24,000 bases of DNA from Chitinophagaceae bacterium. Its GTDB lineage: Bacteria; Bacteroidota; Bacteroidia; Chitinophagales; Chitinophagaceae. The position numbers and the translations under genes were made by a program. The stretch is taken from positions 171,039-195,038 of the forward strand of contig JBDSLR010000030.1 in NCBI GenBank assembly GCA_039916305.1. The letters run 5' to 3'. Of the stretch, positions 16,013-24,000 are shown one piece after another. Under the pieces are notes generated by a model. It worked only from the letters and a program-made list of their open reading frames with translations. It searched no databases and was not told the DNA's origin. Positions within the stretch are counted from its first letter, which is position 1, and each line of letters starts with the position of its first letter.

Positions 16013-16405
16013 CTAGTTAATTTTTTTGAAGTTAAATTTTGTGAGCGTAGAAGACATAATTACATACAATTGGTAGCCCAGTACCTCAAATTCTTTTCCC
16101 TCCTGTTTCCATTCAAAACTCTCCAGCGTTCTGAGTTCCGAGCCCGGCCCGAATGTCTGCACGGCCAGTTTGCCATTTTTGTAGGTGTATTCTACTTCCT
16201 GGTAAGCCGTCACGCTTGCGTTAAAAGACATATTGTACCGAAGTATATCTTTATCACTCTTTCTCATAAACTGCAGGGTATCGCCCACCTGTATCCCTTT
16301 CGTCCACATGCCATAAAACTGGCTTGCATCATTGGCATCATTGCTGGAGCAGGCACCGGCCAGCAGTAAAGTGCCCAGGCATAAAAATGTTAACGAGCGC
16401 AGCAT
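16013..16405 (-). CDS. Hypothetical lipoprotein
   Basis: 130-aa ORF with a signal peptide and Cys (MLRSLTFLCLGTLLLAGACSS). No family recognised. Confidence 0.6.
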   Translation of the reverse strand: MLRSLTFLCLGTLLLAGACSSNDANDASQFYGMWTKGIQVGDTLQFMRKSDKDILRYNMSFNASVTAYQEVEYTYKNGKLAVQTFGPGSELRTLESFEWKQEGKEFEVLGYQLYVIMSSTLTKFNFKKIN

Positions 16406-16644
16406 AGCAATTTTTTTTTAATCTGACAGATAGTTGTGCAAGAACGTTGCACAGCCAGGCGCAATAATAATGGAATGCCCGGACAACAAATATCCAGGCG
16501 GTAAATTGCTGCAGTTATAGTATACTGCTAATTATTGCTGTATGATACGGAATGCATTCGTATGTTGGCTGCATTAAAAATCACCTACTGAAGGTATTTA
16601 AACCGAATTATTTGAATATTTCTTCTTCCCCTGGCCCATAAAAT

Positions 16645-17589
16645 TTATTCTTCCTGCCTGAACGTAACCGGTTGCCGGAACCTTGCTTTTACCCGGCGGT
16701 TATGGCTGATGCGGGGAGACCATGCCGGGCTTCTGCGTACTACATCGAGCGCTATTTTGTCGAACGCAGGATGGAAAGGGGTGGATACTTCAACGTTTTC
16801 CATTTTGCCATCTTCGTTGATGGTAATGTCTACTACTGCCACGGCCATATCCCCATTTGAGAACTGGTAGCCGGAGGGCCAGAATAATTTACCGGTCAGG
16901 TATTTCTGCCAACCGGTAAGGCCGCCTTTAAAGATGGCGGAAGTGTTGGCTTTTGAAGTATCTGTTAGCGCGCTGCCATCTTCCTGGTAATAGTCAGCTG
17001 ATAATAATTTGCCGTTCTGGTACGCTTCAACCGCGGCAGCGTGCCCGTTGCTGTGGTAGAAATTCCATTTGCCATGCATCTTGCCGCGCAGCCGGTAGCC
17101 GGCCGAGGAGATGCTGCCATTGTCAAACCAGCTGATGTCTACGTCCATGCTATCGTTTACATGGGCAGTAGAATCTGAGGTCATACCATTTGGCCACCAG
17201 CCCATTTTATTACCTACTGCTCTGCCATTATGGTAGGTGGCAGAGTCAGACATCATACCATTGGCATGATAACTAACACAAACGCCCTCATTTTTATTTT
17301 CTATTTGCCGGCCTATGGATGAAACGCTGCCGTTGGCATATAAAAAAATACACTCACCGTTGTATATCTTGCAGGCACTGTCTGCAAACAAGGCTTTCAT
17401 CTGCGGCTTTAACCCACTGAGGAAATAATCGTGTCGCAACCAGCCGCTGTCTGTCTTCTCCAGGGTACTGTAAAATCGCGCTTTTAAAGATTCGCAGGGG
17501 CGCCAGTTATAATCGTAATAGGTTTCAGTTTTTTGTGCAGCGGCCCGAATGGAAAAGATACAGCAGGCCATCAAAAGAATACTTCTCAT
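16645..17589 (-). CDS. Secreted protein with MORN-variant (YwqK-like) repeats and a C-terminal TonB_C domain
   Basis: Signal peptide MRSILLMACCIFSIRAAAQ (an upstream TTG at 17616 is also in frame). Repeated G..V.YH.NG/G.W..Y..NG units. The C-terminus reads FKGGLTGWQKYL...V.V.F.I.EDGKMENVEV......FD..A..VVRRSP.W.P. Confidence 0.75.
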   Translation of the reverse strand: MRSILLMACCIFSIRAAAQKTETYYDYNWRPCESLKARFYSTLEKTDSGWLRHDYFLSGLKPQMKALFADSACKIYNGECIFLYANGSVSSIGRQIENKNEGVCVSYHANGMMSDSATYHNGRAVGNKMGWWPNGMTSDSTAHVNDSMDVDISWFDNGSISSAGYRLRGKMHGKWNFYHSNGHAAAVEAYQNGKLLSADYYQEDGSALTDTSKANTSAIFKGGLTGWQKYLTGKLFWPSGYQFSNGDMAVAVVDITINEDGKMENVEVSTPFHPAFDKIALDVVRRSPAWSPRISHNRRVKARFRQPVTFRQEE

Positions 17590-17658
17590 AGAAGGAACAG
17601 GCTTTTTAAAAGCCAATATACGCAGTAAAGAACAGATACAAAAGTGTTTTCTCTGCGC

Positions 17659-18411
17659 TTACACTTTTACCCGGATATAAATTAACTTAATTCCTTTCTT
17701 ATCGGTTTCGCGTTCGTCAATATCAAAACGTGCCAGCGATTTTATCAGGGGGGTGAGTTTTACAAAACCATAATTGCGGGGGTCAAAATCAGGCTTTTTC
17801 TTCAACAGCAGGGCGCCTACTTCGCCTAGGAAAGCCCATCCGTTTTCATCTGCCAGGTCTGCGATGGTGGCTGCAATTAATTGGATAACTTCTTTATCTG
17901 CTTTTGGTGGTGGAATTGCTTTGGCGGGTGCAGCGCTCTCTTTGGTAACGGTTACTGTTTCCGCGGCAAAAGATGCAATGATCTCCAGGTAAATAAATTT
18001 ATCGCAGGCAACAATAAAAGGATGCGGCGTTTTCTTTTGCCCAATTCCAATCACCATCATACCGGCTTCGCGCAGGCGGGTAGCGAGGCGGGTAAAATCA
18101 CTATCGCTGCTTACTATGCAAAATCCATCGGCACGACCACTGTATAAAATATCCATGGCGTCAATGATCATGGCCGAGTCAGAAGAATTTTTACCGGTGG
18201 TATAACTGTATTGCTGTATGGGCGTAATGGCATTTTCCAGCAAAACTGTTTTCCAGCCGCTGAGGGTTGGCTTGGTCCAGTCGCCATAAATACGTTTAAA
18301 GGTGGGCGTACCGTATTTGGCAATTTCTTCCATCATTCCCCGCACATTGCTATAAGGAATATTGTCTGCATCAATCAATACCGCCAGCCTGAGTTCTTTG
18401 CTTCTTTCCAT
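17659..18411 (-). CDS. NYN (PIN-like RNase) domain protein with C-terminal OST-HTH/LOTUS domain
   Basis: LAVLIDADNI...RIYGDW......SSDSAMIIDAMDILYSGRADGFCIVSSDSDFTRLATRLREAGMMVIGIG is the NYN/LabA-like part. The C-terminal part is ENGWAFLGEVGALLLKKKPDFDPRNYGFVKLTPLIKSL. Confidence 0.85.
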   Translation of the reverse strand: MERSKELRLAVLIDADNIPYSNVRGMMEEIAKYGTPTFKRIYGDWTKPTLSGWKTVLLENAITPIQQYSYTTGKNSSDSAMIIDAMDILYSGRADGFCIVSSDSDFTRLATRLREAGMMVIGIGQKKTPHPFIVACDKFIYLEIIASFAAETVTVTKESAAPAKAIPPPKADKEVIQLIAATIADLADENGWAFLGEVGALLLKKKPDFDPRNYGFVKLTPLIKSLARFDIDERETDKKGIKLIYIRVKV

Positions 18412-18500
18412 CCTTTAAAGATAAGACTTGGCAATTAAACGTTACTACAAGCAAGGTATGAAGCTTGGGTGGCAGGGATTTAATTACAGGAGGTAGCACC

Positions 18501-18542
18501 AAAAAAACAGGCGTTGTCAGCTATTATGCTAAACAACGCCTG
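18501..18542 (-). terminator. Rho-independent terminator of the small secreted-protein gene
   Basis: A 10-bp perfect stem, caggcgttgt (18508..18517) / acaacgcctg (18533..18542). An A7 run at 18501..18507 gives a U-run on the - strand. It begins 16 nt after the stop. Confidence 0.8.
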
Positions 18543-18557
18543 CTGTAGGACTTGTCC

Positions 18558-18824
18558 TTATTGCCGCGCTTTTGCCCGGCGTACATCATTGTCGTGAACA
18601 GTTTTTATATCACGCTTTGTTTTTTTGTGATAAGCAACTGCAGCTTTGTGTTCAGCTTTTACTTGTTTGGGTTTTCCTTTCAATATATTTTTGGCAACAG
18701 CGTGGCGGTGTACCCTTTCTTTTTCTACATCTTTTTTTACTACTTCTTTCTCATGGGGTGTGGCCTGGGCCATAGCAGCGGCACTGATTATGAGTGCAGT
18801 GAGTAAACCATATATTTTTTTCAT
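18558..18824 (-). CDS. Small secreted, highly basic hypothetical protein
   Basis: 88 aa. Signal peptide MKKIYGLLTALIISAAAMAQA, then a K/H/E-rich sequence. It has its own terminator. Confidence 0.6.
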   Translation of the reverse strand: MKKIYGLLTALIISAAAMAQATPHEKEVVKKDVEKERVHRHAVAKNILKGKPKQVKAEHKAAVAYHKKTKRDIKTVHDNDVRRAKARQ

Positions 18825-19085
18825 ACAGGCATATTTTTTTGGGTGAAATAATACAGGTGGTAATGATAAAGCAATGCCGGAAAACAGACGACAGCTACAG
18901 CATTGATAATAGGGCGGTTAGTATTGTGCGTTTTACCATGCACAATCCGGCGGGGAAAACCTTCCCCGATGTTTGGGGCAGCTGTCAAACAAGCGCATAT
19001 CCCGCCTGCCTGCCTGCTATTTTTTTTCAAATAACCTCTTTTACCCATGCTGTCCAGTATCTTTAGATAAACTCACAAGCCCTGT

Positions 19086-20102
19086 ATGAACCGTTTGCCA
19101 TTTTTCATAATGCTTACCTGCCTGTATTTTGCCTTGCCAGTTAATGCCCAGGACCTGGTTAGTAAAGCCAACAGCTTTATTACAACACTCAGCGAAGCCC
19201 AGCGGGGCAAAGCCATTTATCCATTTGACACGGCAGAACGCTTCCGCTTTATGTATGTGCCGCTGGAAGACCGCAAAGGTATCTCCATGAATGAACTGAC
19301 TGCTGCACAGCAATCCGCCGCCATGGATTTATTGAAAACGACCCTGCGCGCAGAGACCGTGAAAAAAATTCAATCCATCATGCTGCTCGATAATGTATTG
19401 AAAGAACTCGAACACCGGAAAGCAGCGGATCATTACAGGGATCCTGGCAAATATTTTCTTACCATTTTCGGTATACCATCAGATAAGACTATTTGGGGCT
19501 GGCGCTTTGAAGGCCACCATGTCGCCTTTCATTTTTCGGCCAATAAAAACGAACTGGTAGCCGGTACGCCGTCTTTCCTCGGGGCCAACCCGGCCATTGT
19601 GCTGGCCGGTCCGCAAAAAGATCAACAGGTATTAAAAGAAGAAACCGAAAAAGGCTTTGGCCTGCTGCATGCACTTTCTGCAGCCGAAATGAAAAAAGCA
19701 GTGGTTGATTCTATTGCACCAGGCGAGATTGTAACCGCTGCCAGCCGCAAAGCTATGATAGCACAGCCCGCCGGTATTCGTTACAGTGAATTGTCTGCTG
19801 CTAACCAGCAGTTGATGCTGCAGTTGGTCAGCCTTTATATTCACCGGTATACAAAACTGTTTGCAGATAATATGCTGAAGCAAATACAGGCAGCTGGTTT
19901 AAACAACCTATGGTTTACCTGGGCGGGCTACACTGAGGCGGCCTTGGGAAAGCCTTATTATTACCGAATACAGGGGCCAACTATTATTATTGAATATGAT
20001 AATTCGCAAAACAATGCCAACCATATTCATACTGTGATACGCGATTTAATCAATGATTTTGGCGGCGATATATTGCTGGAGCATTACCGGACAAGTCACT
20101 AG
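19086..20102 (+). CDS. DUF3500 domain-containing protein, secreted
   Basis: Signal peptide. FMYVPLEDRKGISMNELT..Q, GWRFEGHHVAFHFS and IIIEYDNSQNNANHIHTVIRDL.NDFGGD are typical of DUF3500. Confidence 0.72.
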   Translation: MNRLPFFIMLTCLYFALPVNAQDLVSKANSFITTLSEAQRGKAIYPFDTAERFRFMYVPLEDRKGISMNELTAAQQSAAMDLLKTTLRAETVKKIQSIMLLDNVLKELEHRKAADHYRDPGKYFLTIFGIPSDKTIWGWRFEGHHVAFHFSANKNELVAGTPSFLGANPAIVLAGPQKDQQVLKEETEKGFGLLHALSAAEMKKAVVDSIAPGEIVTAASRKAMIAQPAGIRYSELSAANQQLMLQLVSLYIHRYTKLFADNMLKQIQAAGLNNLWFTWAGYTEAALGKPYYYRIQGPTIIIEYDNSQNNANHIHTVIRDLINDFGGDILLEHYRTSH

Positions 20103-20357
20103 GCTAAGCGTAACAGGAGAAAGAGTGCAAAAAATGAGAAGATAGGACTACGCTTTTTGCCGGTATAGCAACGATTACTGTTCACCATTGAAGACGAACG
20201 AATCAGCCCTTCCACTCTTTTTCTTAATCTTAAAAGCGTGATTCCATGGACCTATTCTTTTCTGCTCTGCCCGGCCAGTTCGCCCTGTGCAAAAAAACTT
20301 TTTTGCCTTGCCAGCCCTGTGCCAGCACCTCCTTTTCTCCTTGTTCTCTTAGCTCTT

Positions 20358-21641
20358 TTAGCTAAATATATCTAACTGCCCGATGCCACTACCCGTTAAC
20401 TCCGCTTTGTCAAACAAGTGAATTTTGCCATATACATTGTCATAGCCTGGTTCAATACGTTTTATTTCTCCGGCACGCATGCGACTGATAGCAGTGCCCA
20501 ATAGGGGACTGAAGCGATGAATGTCTTCCACCGGTACATTACGGAGAACGGAAAATTCATTACCAAAGGCGGCGATGGCTTTATGAAAAGCGCCGGTTAC
20601 TTTTTTGCTGTCCGTGCCGGTACCATGTATTTCTGCTAAGATTTCCAATAGGGGAACAACATGCTTAAAATCTTTGTTAGACGCAGATTGCGTTGTTGCC
20701 AAATGACCGGTGAGCCGGTCCAACTGGTGCATAGCGCCAATGGTTAGTTGCTTTTTGCAAACGGGACAAATGGCACCTATGTCCCGGCTTTCGACGGGTG
20801 AAATACAAACCCCGCAATGCCGGTGACCATCATAGGTATATTTGCCTTCTTCCGGAAAAAATTCATGGGTGCCAACAAATCCTTTTTTGGTTTTTACAGC
20901 ATTGAATAAATCTTCGTAGCTGCAATTGGTATCAAATAGATTGAGTTCCCTGCCCAGTTTGGCAGGGGAATGCGCATCGGAATTAGACATCATGGTAATA
21001 TGATCCAGCTTATTCCAGCGGCGATTCATAGCCGGATCGGAAGACAGGCCTGTCTCCAATGCAAAGATATGGGCTGATAGGTCTCCGTAGCACTCTTCCA
21101 AACTCAGGTGGCCGTTTTTTGAACCGAAGACAGCATTCCAGGGCGTCCACGCGTGGGCAGGTACCAGGTATGCCCGGTCTGATGCTTCCAGCACTATTTC
21201 CATTAACGAACGGGATGATAAGATAATAGTAGGCCGTCCATCAGCAGACAAGTCTGCATAAGTGCCCAGTTTTTTATTGATCTTTTTGACCGTTTCAAAA
21301 TCAGGCGCATACAAAAGATGATGTACAACGCGCTTTTTATTTTCATGAATGTATTCTGTACTCACTTCGGCTGACAGGCAAAACCGAAGATCTTTATGAC
21401 TGGGCCTGATACCAGGTAACGCCGTGGCCACCGGCATATTTTTTAAATAGAAAAAGCCGTTACCATCCGGCAGCAATCTCTCTTTTAATGTAGCTAACCA
21501 GGCGGGATGGGTAAAATCTCCCGAACCCACTACATCAATCCCCTTCACTTGTGCCCATTGGTAAAGGGTATCAAGATTTAAATATTTACTGGTTTTTGAA
21601 GCATAATGAGAATGTATATGAAGATCGGCTGTGTAAAACAT
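20358..21641 (-). CDS. Endonuclease Q family protein (PHP domain plus Zn-ribbon)
   Basis: ADLHIHSHYASKTS, GSGDFTHPAW, VHHLLYAP, ADGRPTI, PAHAWTPW, ETGLSSDPAM, SNSDAHSPAKLGRE and GKYTYDGHRHCGVCISP....ICPVCKKQLTIG are colinear with Pyrococcus EndoQ as I recall it. Confidence 0.88.
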   Translation of the reverse strand: MFYTADLHIHSHYASKTSKYLNLDTLYQWAQVKGIDVVGSGDFTHPAWLATLKERLLPDGNGFFYLKNMPVATALPGIRPSHKDLRFCLSAEVSTEYIHENKKRVVHHLLYAPDFETVKKINKKLGTYADLSADGRPTIILSSRSLMEIVLEASDRAYLVPAHAWTPWNAVFGSKNGHLSLEECYGDLSAHIFALETGLSSDPAMNRRWNKLDHITMMSNSDAHSPAKLGRELNLFDTNCSYEDLFNAVKTKKGFVGTHEFFPEEGKYTYDGHRHCGVCISPVESRDIGAICPVCKKQLTIGAMHQLDRLTGHLATTQSASNKDFKHVVPLLEILAEIHGTGTDSKKVTGAFHKAIAAFGNEFSVLRNVPVEDIHRFSPLLGTAISRMRAGEIKRIEPGYDNVYGKIHLFDKAELTGSGIGQLDIFS

Positions 21642-21660
21642 AAGATGGCTTGCTTTAAAA

Positions 21661-21677
21661 TGCTAACAAATTTAGCA
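21661..21677. promoter_or_regulatory. Palindrome TGCTAA-caaat-TTAGCA 20-36 bp upstream of the EndoQ start; candidate operator
   Basis: 6-bp perfect arms with a 5-bp spacer. It has the same CTAA-N5-TTAG core and spacing as 2247..2267. Confidence 0.4.
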
Positions 21678-21943
21678 ATTTTTGATATATCATAACTGAT
21701 AATTTTATAACCATTTTTAAAGCTGTAATGTTTTGCAGATGACCTTTATTTTTTAAGTGGGCGGATGTTTTTTACGACCGTGTTAATTGGACCAAACAGC
21801 ATGAAACTTATTTGCTGAGCCGGATAAGTGAAATAACTGTTAATGAACGCTGGCTAATGTAGGAATGTCTGCTGGCCGTCATTTCACTTTTATTTATTGA
21901 ATTAATTTTATATTAATAAATCTAAACAAGCCTTGTACCGTAT

Positions 21944-22501
21944 ATGTTATATACTAAATCATTTTCTATGCGCCAGTATCTTTTTATTATAGCTATGTCA
22001 GTGGGTCTCTTTACTTCCAGCTGTGGTTTTTCTCAGGGCAAGAAATATCCTGAGCCGGGCGTTACTAAGAAAAACAATGTATATCCAATGCAGCTGAAAG
22101 ACGAAGAATGGAAGGCAAAACTTACGGCTGATCAATATTATATACTGCGCCAGGAAGGTACCGAAAGAGCTTTCACGGGCAAGTATGATCACTTTTATAA
22201 AAAAGGCACTTATTATTCTGCCGCTACCCTGCAACCCATTTTTAGCTCAGATGCAAAATTTGATTCAGGCACAGGATGGCCCAGTTTTTTCGCACCCATT
22301 TCTCCCGGAGCTGTCAAGCTGGTAAGGGACGGCAGCGATGGCATGGAACGCTGGGAGGTTGTGGACAGCAAAAGCGGCTCTCACCTGGGTCATGTATTTG
22401 ACGATGGTCCTGCACCTACTGGTAAACGTTATTGCCTCAATTCTGCCGCATTGATTTTTGTACCGGAAGGTGGTAAGCCGCCCGCTAGTGCAAAAGAATA
22501 A
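21944..22501 (+). CDS. msrB: Peptide-methionine (R)-S-oxide reductase MsrB, exported/lipoprotein form
   Basis: YILRQEGTERAFTGKY, KFDSGTGWPSF, SHLGHVFDDGP.PTGKRYCLNSAAL. The N-terminal signal has Cys (LFTSSCGF). An alternative ATG is at 21968. Confidence 0.92.
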   Translation: MLYTKSFSMRQYLFIIAMSVGLFTSSCGFSQGKKYPEPGVTKKNNVYPMQLKDEEWKAKLTADQYYILRQEGTERAFTGKYDHFYKKGTYYSAATLQPIFSSDAKFDSGTGWPSFFAPISPGAVKLVRDGSDGMERWEVVDSKSGSHLGHVFDDGPAPTGKRYCLNSAALIFVPEGGKPPASAKE

Positions 22502-22546
22502 TAGCCACTTAACAGGTAACATCAAATCACTTATAATATTTACTTT

Positions 22547-23191
22547 ATGAAGATATATATTGTCACTTTATTTTTTGCGTTATCACTGGTTGCGTGCGGG
22601 CAAGCGCCTAAGCCGGCCCTATCTATACCAATGGGCAATGCAAAAGCGCCTGCGGGCAAAGAAGCAGTCGCTGATTTTGCGGAAGGTTGTTTCTGGCATG
22701 CTGAAATTGTTTTTCAAAGCTTAGAGGGAGTAAGAGATGCTGTATCTGGTTATGCAGGGGGAAAAGACACGCATCCCAGTTATGAAAAAGTAGCGGGTGG
22801 TGAAACAGGTCACGCTGAAACTGTACAGGTATATTATGATCCTTCTAAAATTTCTTATGAAACATTGGTTGCAGCTTTTTTTGCCAGCCAGGACCCTACC
22901 ACGCTGAACCGTCAGGGGAATGATCAAGGAACTGAATACCGGTCCATTGCTTTTTACCGGAATGATGAAGAAAAGCAGGTGATAGAAAAAACGATCCGCC
23001 AGTTAACTGAAGCTAAAAAGTACAATGGCAAAATTGTTACAGAAGTAGTGCCGTTCAAACAGTTTTACGAAGCTGAAGATTACCACCAGGAATACATTTC
23101 ACAAAACCCACAAAATCCATACGTGCAAAATGTATCCATACCAGATTTCACAGCCTTCAAAGCAGCATTCAAAGGAAATTTTAAGCCTTGA
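22547..23191 (+). CDS. msrA: Peptide-methionine (S)-S-oxide reductase MsrA, exported/lipoprotein form
   Basis: FAEGCFWHAE, VSGYAGG...PSYEKV..GETGHAETVQVYYDP, DPTTLNRQGNDQGTEYRS. Lipoprotein-type signal MKIYIVTLFFALSLVACG. Confidence 0.92.
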   Translation: MKIYIVTLFFALSLVACGQAPKPALSIPMGNAKAPAGKEAVADFAEGCFWHAEIVFQSLEGVRDAVSGYAGGKDTHPSYEKVAGGETGHAETVQVYYDPSKISYETLVAAFFASQDPTTLNRQGNDQGTEYRSIAFYRNDEEKQVIEKTIRQLTEAKKYNGKIVTEVVPFKQFYEAEDYHQEYISQNPQNPYVQNVSIPDFTAFKAAFKGNFKP

Positions 23192-23245
23192 TTATTTTAA
23201 GACAGCAAATAAATCATTCGCTTACATTTATCATGAAAACAAATA

Positions 23246-23273
23246 AAGCCCGGCCATTTCTGACCGGGCTTTT
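23246..23273. terminator. Bidirectional terminator between msrA (+) and the convergent hydrophilic-protein gene (-)
   Basis: The stem aagcccgg (23246..23253) / ccgggctt (23264..23271) has a 10-nt loop. It is T-rich on the + side and has an A-rich 5' flank, giving tttattt on the - side. Confidence 0.75.
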
Positions 23274-23337
23274 CAAATCTGACTGCAATCAAACGGTAAT
23301 TATTTCAGTTTCACAGAGCTTTCAGATTTATTACTTA

Positions 23338-23718
23338 CTATTTTTTTCCATCCATACGTGGAAGTTTCTTTTCTGTCTTTTCAGGGTCGTATATTGGCGC
23401 ATCAATTTCTGGTTCTGTTACTGTCTTGTCACTTTTTACCTGCGGATCTTTTTGTATATCTTTCTTTTCGTTGCCGGTATCGTTGCCCCATTGGTCATGC
23501 GCTTTTCCTATGCGTCCATCATTGTCTACTGAAATATTACTCTTTTCATTCCCTGCGGCTGGCTGATCCTGTTTCTGCACCTGTTCCGGATTGCCTGTAG
23601 ATGTGTGGGTCCAGTCGTCTTTCTTTTGCTGCTGATTTTGCTCATTATTATTAACAGCGCCCTGCTTTAACGAGCTGCCCTGTTTTCCGGTTTGATTATT
23701 CTGTTGCTCATTTTTCAT
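23338..23718 (-). CDS. Hydrophilic low-complexity (Q/N/K/E/D-rich) hypothetical protein
   Basis: 126-aa ORF with no hydrophobic segment. It has its own terminator. No family recognised. Confidence 0.5.
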   Translation of the reverse strand: MKNEQQNNQTGKQGSSLKQGAVNNNEQNQQQKKDDWTHTSTGNPEQVQKQDQPAAGNEKSNISVDNDGRIGKAHDQWGNDTGNEKKDIQKDPQVKSDKTVTEPEIDAPIYDPEKTEKKLPRMDGKK

Positions 23719-23904
23719 ATATCATCGTTTTAAATTATTAAACAGATTAACAACTGTTATATTGGTAAAATGATGCCGGAAAATACAAAGCTGCTTTACG
23801 CCTGAATAGTGCAATGCCGTTGTAAAACGGGTATTTTTATGCGGGGAATGAGTAGTTGTTACCCTGTTTGTTGTGGAGGCAGGTCTACAGCATCTGTAGA
23901 TTAC

Positions 23905-24000
23905 TTAATACCCCAGGTTCTTCAAACAAGTCCTGATATTGACGCCTTTTTTAAGCGCCATATAAAAAACATCGCCCAGCTTTTCTATTCTTTTCTCAAT
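23905..24000 (-). CDS. 3' end (last 31 codons) of a gene that enters from beyond the window
   Basis: Reverse translation is open to the window edge: IEKRIEKLGDVFYMALKKGVNIRTCLKNLGY*. The stop is at 23907..23905. A 7-bp hairpin, tctacag-cat-ctgtaga, lies at 23884..23900 just downstream. Product unknown. Confidence 0.35.
   Translation of the reverse strand: MEKRIEKLGDVFYMALKKGVNIRTCLKNLGY

Noticed and set aside
20282-20322. gccctgtgc direct repeat (20282 and 20314) flanking a GC-A7-c-T6-GC palindrome (20289..20306) between the convergent DUF3500 and EndoQ genes
   Set aside because: The repeats are short and low-complexity, and the A/T-only stem would be unstable. This is most simply a weak bidirectional termination region.

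Overview
This is a gene-dense, chromosomal-looking window with about 24 protein genes on both strands. The gene families suggest a Bacteroidota genome (GxxExxY, MORN/TonB_C, DUF3500, many lipoprotein-type signal peptides, no obvious Shine-Dalgarno sites); that assignment is inference only. I saw no rRNA, tRNA, CRISPR array or intact mobile element.

Gene order: a radical-SAM-like 5' end, a CACGGAG repeat array, a GxxExxY nuclease-like gene and two tandem 2H-phosphoesterase paralogs. Divergent from these are a umuD-like gene, a 418-bp gap and umuC. Then come a secreted amidohydrolase, a flavin-reductase-like gene, an ECF sigma factor with a small membrane protein, a small HMA-like protein, a GH63-like glucosidase, a muramoyl-alanine amidase and an LLM oxidoreductase. 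These are followed by a decayed RAYT/IS200-like transposase relic, vsr, and an 840-bp AT-rich ORF-free stretch with degenerate tandem repeats. The rest is a lipoprotein, a MORN+TonB_C protein, an NYN+LOTUS protein, a small secreted basic protein, DUF3500, Endonuclease Q, and exported MsrB and MsrA.

I found no clear-cut new multi-gene system. The best candidate for something undescribed is a putative DNA-damage module. An identical-architecture palindrome, T[AG]CTAA-N5-TTAG[TC]A, sits in the shared promoter of the 2H-phosphoesterase pair and umuD, and again just upstream of the EndoQ gene. The UmuD homolog has lost its cleavage site and both catalytic residues (Ser to Ala, Lys to Arg). umuD and umuC are also split by an unusual non-coding spacer.

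Secondary items are an intergenic repeat family present at two loci (one copy tandemly expanded beside an orphan vsr) and the CACGGAG array. Coordinates were counted by hand and may be off by 1-2 nt. All homology statements come from recognising motifs, not from searches.
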